Origin: Acidimicrobiales bacterium
GTDB taxonomy: Bacteria; Actinomycetota; Acidimicrobiia; Acidimicrobiales; GCA-2861595
NCBI GenBank assembly: GCA_035536185.1
Contig: DATLOM010000008.1
Coordinates: forward strand, 32,400-96,399
DNA length: 64,000 nt
Reading direction: 5' to 3'
Shown here: piece after piece, positions 53,607-64,000 of the stretch
How the letters are laid out: each line of letters begins with the position of its first letter
Numbering within the stretch: the stretch's first letter is position 1
Notes under the pieces: generated by a model
Told to the model about the DNA's origin: nothing
Database searches by the model: none
The model's input: the letters and a program-made list of their open reading frames with translations, nothing else
Position numbers and translations under genes: made by a program

Positions 53607-53775
53607 CCCCTAGTCAGCATCGGCGGGCGGCGCTACACTCCTCGTTCAGCAAGACCGGGGCGGTACCCGTGGCAATGGCGCCTCCTCCCGCTCGACTTCC
53701 TTCAATGGAGAAGGTGCCCCGGTGAATCCCAACCCGACCAGCCCGAACCGTCCCACTGAAAGTTCGAGGTGACCC

Positions 53776-58190
<4,415 letters not shown>

Positions 58191-58194
<4 letters not shown>

Positions 58195-60467
58195 GCGCCT
58201 CAGAGGCGACGTCGACCCCGGTGGAGGTGGAGGCGGCCCACCGCCGCCTGGCTGCCGGCGTGGCCGTGCTCCGCCGCGATCTGGCCCGCCCGCTGACTCT
58301 CACCGAGAAGATCCTCGGCGGCCACCTGGTGGATCCCTCGGCCTGCCCCAAGTCGCGGGGTACGTCGTACTGCGAGCTGATGCCGGACCGGGTGGCGATG
58401 CAGGACGCCACCGCCCAGATGGCGCTGCTGCAGTTCATGACCGCGGGCCTTCCCGAGGTGGCGGTACCGACCACGGTCCACTGCGACCATCTCATCGCCG
58501 CCCGTTCCGGCGCCCACGCCGATCTGCTGGCCGCCGTGGAGACCAACGAGGAGGTCTACGACTTCCTGCGGACCGTGTCGGCCAAGTACGGCATCGGCTT
58601 CTGGAAGCCGGGCTCGGGCATCATCCACCAGGTCGTCCTGGAGCAGTACGCCTACCCCGGAGGCCTGCTGATCGGGACGGACTCCCACACTCCCAACGCC
58701 GGCGGGCTGGCCATGCTCGCCATCGGCGTGGGCGGAGCAGACGCCGTGGACGTCATGGTGGGAACGCCGTTCGGCTTGCGCTGGCCCACCATCATCGGCG
58801 TGCACCTCACCGGCTCCCTCAACGGCTGGGCCGCGCCGAAGGACGTGATCCTGAAGGTCGCCGATCTTCTCTCGGTGAGCGGCGGCACCGGAGCCATCGT
58901 CGAGTACTTCGGCGAGGGGACCGAGTCCATCAGCGCCACCGGCAAGGCGACCATCTGCAACATGGGCGCCGAGGTGGGCGCCACCACCTCGGTCTTCCCC
59001 TACGACCGGAAGACGGCGGGGTATCTCGCGTCCACCGGCCGCAGGGCGATCGCCGACCTGTGCGACCTGGCCCCCGAGGACCTGCGCCCGGACCCCGAGA
59101 TCGCCGGCGACCCCGAGCGCTACTTCGAGCGGGTGGTCGAGATCGACCTCACCACCCTCGAGCCCCACATCAACGGCCCCCACACCCCCGACCTGGCCCG
59201 CCCCGTCTCCGAGATCGGCGACGAAGCCAGGAAGAGCGGCTGGCCCCTGCACATCAGCTCGGCCCTGGTCGGCTCGTGCACCAACTCCTCCTACGAGGAC
59301 ATCACCCGCGCCGCCCATGTGGCCCGCCAGGCCGGCGCCAGGGGCCTACGGGTGAAGACCCCGCTCCTGGTGACCCCCGGCTCGGAGCGGGTCCGGGCGA
59401 CCATCGAGCGCGATGGCCTGCTCGCCGACCTGGAGGGCATCGGGGCCACCGTCCTGGCCAACGCCTGCGGCCCCTGCATCGGCCAGTGGAAGCGAGAGGA
59501 CGTGGCCGAGGGCGAGGCCAACGTGATCGTCACCTCGTACAACCGCAACTTCCCCCGCCGCAACGACGGCATGGCCAGCACGCTGGCCTTCGTGGCGTCA
59601 CCCGAGACCGTCGTGGCCTACGCCCTTGCCGGCACGCTCGACTTCAACCCCCTCCTGGACGGCCTCGACGGCGAAGGCAACGGGATCCACCTCGACGCCC
59701 CCGACGGGCAGGAGCTGCCCGCCCTCGGGTTCGAGCCGGCGGGAACAGGGTTCGAGGCGCCAGCGGCGAACAGCTGGGCGGTGGAGGTCGTCGTCAAACC
59801 CGACAGCGACCGCCTCCAGCTGCTCGAGCCCTTCCCGGCCTGGGACGGCAACGACTTCGTGGACCTTCCCGTCCTGCTCAAGGCATCGGGCAAGTGCACC
59901 ACCGACCACATCTCGGCTGCCGGCCCGTGGTTGCGTTACCGGGGCCATCTCGAGAACATCTCCCGCAACCTCTTCCTCGGCGCCGTCAACGCCTTCACGT
60001 CCGAGCCCGGCACCGGCTACTGCCCGGTGCACGCCGGGGCCGTCGAGCCACTTCCCGATGCCGCCCGCCATTGCCGCGATGCCGGCGTGGCCTGGGCCGC
60101 GGTGGGCGACGCCAACTACGGGGAAGGGTCCTCCCGCGAGCACGCGGCCATGGAGCCCCGGCACCTCAACGCCAAGGCCGTCCTGGTGCGGTCGTTCGCC
60201 CGGATCCACGAGACCAATCTGAAGAAGCAGGGCGTCCTCCCGCTCACCTTCGCCGACGAGACCTCCTACGACCTCATCGGCCCTCACGACCGGCTCTCCA
60301 TTCTCGACCTCGCCAGCCTTGCTCCCGGCCGTCCCGTGCGCTGCATGGTCACCCGGCCCGGTGGCGAACAGGTCGGCTTCGAATGCACCCACACCATGTC
60401 GGAGGAGCACCTCGATTGGTTCCGGGCCGGCGGGGCCCTGAACGTCATCCGGGCCCGGCAGAGCTGA
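58191..60467 (+). CDS. Aconitate hydratase (short, mitochondrial-like type)
   Basis: DRVAMQDATAQMA, HCDHLI, GSCTNSS, ANACGPCIGQW and KCTTDHISAAG motifs; 758 aa. Confidence 0.92.
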
Positions 60468-60529
60468 CTGTTCCCGCCTATAGCACTGCGATCTTGGCTG
60501 CCCGCGAACCGCCCCGTTAGTGTCGAGCC

Positions 60530-61078
60530 ATGACATTCAAGAGCGGTTCTCACAGCATCGGTCCCGAAGCGGGAAGCCTCACCGTCCACACATTCCGAGC
60601 CGGAATGGGCGCCAAGATCGGGCACGACCTGGTGCTCGAGGCCAAGAAGTGGAGCGGCACCGTGAACGTCGATGCCGACAACCCGTCGGCCAGCAGCGTG
60701 GAGGTGACGGTGGACCTGAGCTCCCTGGAGATCGTCAGCGCCACCGGCGGCGTCAAGCCCCTGAGCGACAAGGACAGGGTCGACATCGCCAAGAACATCG
60801 AGAAGACGCTCGACACCGGCAAGCACCCCAACGTGACGTTCAAGTCCACCAGCGTCAGTGGGAGCGAGCCCACGGTGACCGTGAACGGCGATCTCACCAT
60901 CAAGGGCCAGACCAAGCCCGCCACCCTCACCGTCACCGCCAATGGCGACAAGCTCACCGGCAAGACGAGCGTGGTTCAGAGCGAGTTCGGCATCAAGCCT
61001 TACTCGGCCATGATGGGCGCCCTGAAGGTCCGCGACAGCATCGATCTCGAGCTGAACTGCACGCTGCCCTCGGCCTAG
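60530..61078 (+). CDS. YceI-family lipid/polyisoprenoid-binding protein
   Basis: Beta-rich; TFKSTSV, VNGDLTIKGQTKP and SEFGIKP motifs. Confidence 0.85.
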   Translation: MTFKSGSHSIGPEAGSLTVHTFRAGMGAKIGHDLVLEAKKWSGTVNVDADNPSASSVEVTVDLSSLEIVSATGGVKPLSDKDRVDIAKNIEKTLDTGKHPNVTFKSTSVSGSEPTVTVNGDLTIKGQTKPATLTVTANGDKLTGKTSVVQSEFGIKPYSAMMGALKVRDSIDLELNCTLPSA

Positions 61079-61320
61079 ACATCTCTCGGATCGCAAGCGG
61101 AGCTTGCTCCCCGAACCAGCAAGGTGCTCCGGGCGACCGGCGAAGCCGGCTCGCCCTCCGCCGTTCCTCTTGCCGGCATCCGAGAGAGGCCGCCTCCGGC
61201 GGCGGGAGCGGCCGCCGGCGAAACTGCCTCAACTTGGCGAGGTGGCGCCTGAGCAGACAAAATCGGCCCGGCCGCACCACCGCGAGGGGGTGTGACCGGG
61301 CCGTTCTCGTTCAACCGTGG

Positions 61321-61509
61321 TCAGCCGTGCTGGCTGACGCCGTCGATATCCGACTGGGAATAACCGACCGGCACCGAGAAGTCGTCGGGTTCGTACACCG
61401 GGGCGGCGTGGCAGTGGGTGCACTCGTGCGGCCTCGGCTCCGGCGGGGGCATGTCGACGCCGGCGGAGAACTCCCGGCCGCAGGACTTGCAGTTCAGGTA
61501 CAGCGGCAT
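61321..61509 (-). CDS. Small zinc-ribbon protein (62 aa)
   Basis: GGGAG RBS, ATG 61509. Contains CKSC...CTHC. Confidence 0.65.
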   Translation of the reverse strand: MPLYLNCKSCGREFSAGVDMPPPEPRPHECTHCHAAPVYEPDDFSVPVGYSQSDIDGVSQHG

Positions 61510-61511
61510 CG

Positions 61512-61787
61512 TCAGCTCCCTGACGGGCCGGAGGACTTGGCGTAGCGGGTCTCCATGCGGCGAAAGCCGACTTCGTCGATCCCGATACCACCTGTCTCGA
61601 TCCTGGGCTCCGGCTCTGGCTCCCAGACCGGCGCGGTGGGGCGGGGCCGCCCCCGCAGGTCGGCCCAGCACTCGCTGAGCAGACTCGACTTGCGCGGGCT
61701 GCGCTCCGGCTTCGCCGGGGCGGCGGCCGTGGCCTCCTCGGAACTGGCCTCTTCGGCCTCGGGAGCCTTCGTGCGAACGCGCTTCAT
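61512..61787 (-). CDS. Small hypothetical, likely disordered protein (91 aa)
   Basis: Strong AAGGAGG RBS before the ATG. Ends 2 nt before the zinc-ribbon gene. Confidence 0.55.
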   Translation of the reverse strand: MKRVRTKAPEAEEASSEEATAAAPAKPERSPRKSSLLSECWADLRGRPRPTAPVWEPEPEPRIETGGIGIDEVGFRRMETRYAKSSGPSGS

Positions 61788-61812
61788 GGAACCTCCTTGT
61801 AGTCAGGTGTCC

Positions 61813-61825
61813 CGCAACTTCTAGA
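61813..61825. repeat. Left copy of a 13-bp inverted repeat flanking the sigma gene
   Basis: CGCAACTTCTAGA; exact reverse complement at 62850-62862. Confidence 0.75.
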
Positions 61826-61865
61826 CCACCAGGAGGGCCGCTTCAATAAGTGTGTTCGTCACCTA

Positions 61866-61888
61866 GCTGCTGCCCCGGAGGCAGCAGC
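61866..61888 (-). terminator. Hairpin just after the sigma factor stop
   Basis: GCTGCTGCC-ccgga-GGCAGCAGC (9 bp). Confidence 0.55.
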
Positions 61889-61893
61889 GCCGA

Positions 61894-62832
61894 TCAGCCG
61901 GTGAGGAGCTCGAGGGCGCCGGTGTCGATCGAGGGGTGGCGCAGCTTGGACATGGCCCGGGCCTCGATCTGGCGGATCCGCTCCCTGCTCAGGTTGAAGC
62001 GCATGGCCACCTGCTCGACGCCCATGGGCTCACCGCCGTCGAGGCCGAAGCGCATGCGCAGGATGGCGCCCTCACGGCCGTCGAGGAACGAGAGCAGCCG
62101 GGAGATCTCCTCGGGCATGACCGCGGCGACGGCCTCGTCCAGGGGGGAAGCGGCCCCGCGGTCCTCGATGACGTCCGCCAGCTCGGCATCGCCGTCCTCG
62201 CCCAGGGGCTCGAACAGCGAACGCGTGTCGGCTGGGAAGCCGAGGGCCTCCACGACCTTCTCCGGGGTGGTGCCCAGCTCCTTGGCCACCTCGGCGATGG
62301 TGGGCGGGCGAGCCAGCTCCATCTGGAGGCGGGTCTCCGTCTTGAGCACCCGGGCGACGGCGTCGCCGGCGTGGACGGGCAGGCGGATGGTGCGGGCCGT
62401 GTTGGCCACGCCGCGCTGGATGGCCTGGCGGATCCACCACGTGGCGTAGGTGGAGAACTTGAAGCCCTTCTTGTGGTCGAACTTGTCGACCGCGTGCATC
62501 AGGCCGAGGTTGCCCTCCTGGACGAGGTCGAGAAGGGGCAGGCCGGAGGCCTGGTACTTCTTGGCCACCGAGACCACCAGGCGGAGGTTGGCCTGGACGA
62601 ACTGCTTGCGGGCCCGCTCGCCCTCGGCGATCTCGGCCTTCAGCTCACGCTTGCGGGAAGGGGACAGCCCGGTCGGCGATCCACTCATGACCTCACCGGC
62701 CGCGACCCCGGCCTCGATCACCTCGCCGAGGTGCTGCTCGTCGGCCTTGGTGAGGAGGGGGTAGCGGCCGATCTCGTTCAGATAGATCCGAAGGAGATCC
62801 TCGTGGGCCTCGTGATCATTTCTGGATGCCAT
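61894..62832 (-). CDS. Sigma-70 family factor, RpoD/SigB-like (regions 1.2-4, no region 1.1)
   Basis: YLNEIGRYPLLT, ANLRLVVSVAKKY, DLVQEGNLGLM, GFKFSTYATWWIRQAI and RERIRQIE motifs. Confidence 0.95.
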   Translation of the reverse strand: MASRNDHEAHEDLLRIYLNEIGRYPLLTKADEQHLGEVIEAGVAAGEVMSGSPTGLSPSRKRELKAEIAEGERARKQFVQANLRLVVSVAKKYQASGLPLLDLVQEGNLGLMHAVDKFDHKKGFKFSTYATWWIRQAIQRGVANTARTIRLPVHAGDAVARVLKTETRLQMELARPPTIAEVAKELGTTPEKVVEALGFPADTRSLFEPLGEDGDAELADVIEDRGAASPLDEAVAAVMPEEISRLLSFLDGREGAILRMRFGLDGGEPMGVEQVAMRFNLSRERIRQIEARAMSKLRHPSIDTGALELLTG

Positions 62833-62849
62833 AGTTCACACGTGTCTCT

Positions 62850-62862
62850 TCTAGAAGTTGCG
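62850..62862. repeat. Right copy of a 13-bp inverted repeat flanking the sigma gene
   Basis: TCTAGAAGTTGCG, 17 nt upstream of the sigma ATG. Confidence 0.75.
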
Positions 62863-63004
62863 TCAGGGGCCACCGGCCGAGCAACGGCCGTGTAGGAAGG
62901 AGACAACTGGAACACGATTCCTGTTTCCCATGCAACTCCGCTCCATGAAAATCCCGGAGCAGTGCCGACTGCCTGCGGCAACAGGCGCTTCCTGCGGTCC
63001 ACTT

Positions 63005-63027
63005 CGTGACCATTGTAGCCGGTCACG
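63005..63027 (-). promoter_or_regulatory. Putative sigma-gene promoter (-10 TACAAT) embedded in a 7-9-7 palindrome
   Basis: CGTGACC-attgtagcc-GGTCACG; TACAAT on the minus strand at 63012-63017. Confidence 0.45.
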
Positions 63028-63096
63028 GTACACTTCGCGTCGTATAGGGAAATACGCACGCGGACCATGGGTGGGCCGATCAAAGGATGAGTACCC

Positions 63097-63774
63097 ATGG
63101 GGTTTGCCGGCCGAGGCGACGACGGCGAGGAGCCTGCCGTCCAGAAGCGCGATCCCTTCGAGGTGCTGGGCGTACCGCCGACGGCTTCGCGCAAGGAGAT
63201 AACCGAGGCCTACCGGGCTCTCGCCCAGCGGTACCACCCCGACCGCCACCTCGAGAGCTCGGTGCGGCGCCGGCGCCATGCCGAGCGGCGGATGCGGGAG
63301 TTGAACGAGGCCTACAGCGAGGCCAAGAGCCGGCCGGCGCCGCCGGTCTACAAGGGGACCAGCACGGTCCCGAACGCCGCCCTGTGGCTGGGCACCGCCC
63401 CCGGCACGTGGGCCCGGACGGCGCGGCGGAACAACTCGGCGGCGGTCACCGAGGCGGAGCGACGGCTGTCGCTCGCCCAGATCGCCGAAGCGGCGACCGA
63501 ACACGACGCCCGGGTCCGGATGGCCAGGGAGGCCCGGCTCCAGGCCGAGCAACAGGCCGGCACGGGCCAGGCTCGCAGCCGGGCCAAAGGCCGGGTCGCT
63601 CACGGCGCGGGTCGCATGAAGGTGTTGGCCGGCCTGGGCCAGGCTCTGGCTACCAGTCAGATGCGCTGCATGGCCTGCCACAGCCTGCAGAGCCTCCCGC
63701 CGGGGTGGCAGCAGCGCCTGGACGACACCGAGTACGTCTGCTCGGCCTGCGATCGGGTCCTGCTGGCCCGCTGA
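63097..63774 (+). CDS. J-domain protein with C-terminal zinc ribbon
   Basis: DPFEVLGV, YHPDR and MRELNEAY (J-domain); CMAC...CSAC at the C-terminus. Confidence 0.8.
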   Translation: MGFAGRGDDGEEPAVQKRDPFEVLGVPPTASRKEITEAYRALAQRYHPDRHLESSVRRRRHAERRMRELNEAYSEAKSRPAPPVYKGTSTVPNAALWLGTAPGTWARTARRNNSAAVTEAERRLSLAQIAEAATEHDARVRMAREARLQAEQQAGTGQARSRAKGRVAHGAGRMKVLAGLGQALATSQMRCMACHSLQSLPPGWQQRLDDTEYVCSACDRVLLAR

Positions 63775-63802
63775 TCCCGAACGACGGGGCGGGCACGGTC
63801 AT

Positions 63803-64000
63803 CTAGGCGTTTGGAACGGGGGCGCTGCGCTCCTGCAGGAGACCGACGACCAGGTCGCGCATGGAGAAGACGCCGGCCAGGGCGCCCTGGTCGTCGACGA
63901 CCACGAGGTGGCGGAAACCCTTCTCCCGCATGACCCGAGCCGCTTCGACCACGTCGAGGTCCGGCCCCACCGTCTTCAGGCTCTTCAGGGCGCACTTCCC
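63803..64000 (-). CDS. CBS-domain protein, 5' end outside window
   Basis: Manual translation: ...TVGPDLDVVEAARVMREKGFRHLVVVDDQGALAGVFSMRDL...*; not in ORF track. Confidence 0.85.
   Translation of the reverse strand, partial: GKCALKSLKTVGPDLDVVEAARVMREKGFRHLVVVDDQGALAGVFSMRDLVVGLLQERSAPVPNA

Noticed and set aside
53641-53730. Known glutamine-I (glnA) or glycine riboswitch before gltB
   Set aside because: The characteristic GGAAGUA E-loop and GGAGA/CCGAAG signatures are absent, so it is kept only as an unassigned structured leader.
61075-61314. 79-aa ORF after yceI (minus strand)
   Set aside because: Low complexity, no motif and no clear RBS; cannot be supported.

Overview
A high-GC (about 70% by eye, not computed) chromosomal segment, most consistent with an Actinomycetota member, probably Acidimicrobiia. 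This rests on mshC, an F420:NADP oxidoreductase, thrS-HIT synteny, DUF3048 and PGPGW proteins. It is mostly housekeeping: recC-recB-recD-deaD, nfeD-qmcA, glgC, thrS, fetAB-like ABC, mshC, gltB-aconitase, a group-2-like sigma-70 and tRNA-Val(CAC). No CRISPR array, integrase or transposase was seen. Main leads: (1) A tightly coupled, edge-truncated biosynthetic operon at 1-4253 encoding an acyl-AMP ligase, an atypical KAS III, an AurF-type diiron oxygenase, a carrier protein and a SerRS-like amino acid:carrier-protein ligase (absent from the supplied ORF track). A divergent BtaA/DUF3419 + GNAT pair lies next to it. (2) A four-gene operon at 47589-53606 (fatty acyl reductase-HAD fusion, Zn dehydrogenase, LarA-like protein, acyltransferase) that looks like a rearranged ether-lipid (elb-like) pathway. 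(3) A c-di-GMP-I (GEMM-I)-like riboswitch whose P1 stem would occlude the RBS of a CAP-domain gene. (4) An exact 13-bp inverted repeat bracketing the sigma factor gene. (5) An amber-interrupted PAP2 gene, an orphan HicB and an unannotated toxin-antitoxin-like pair. All family assignments come from motif recognition by eye; no searches or folding programs were run.
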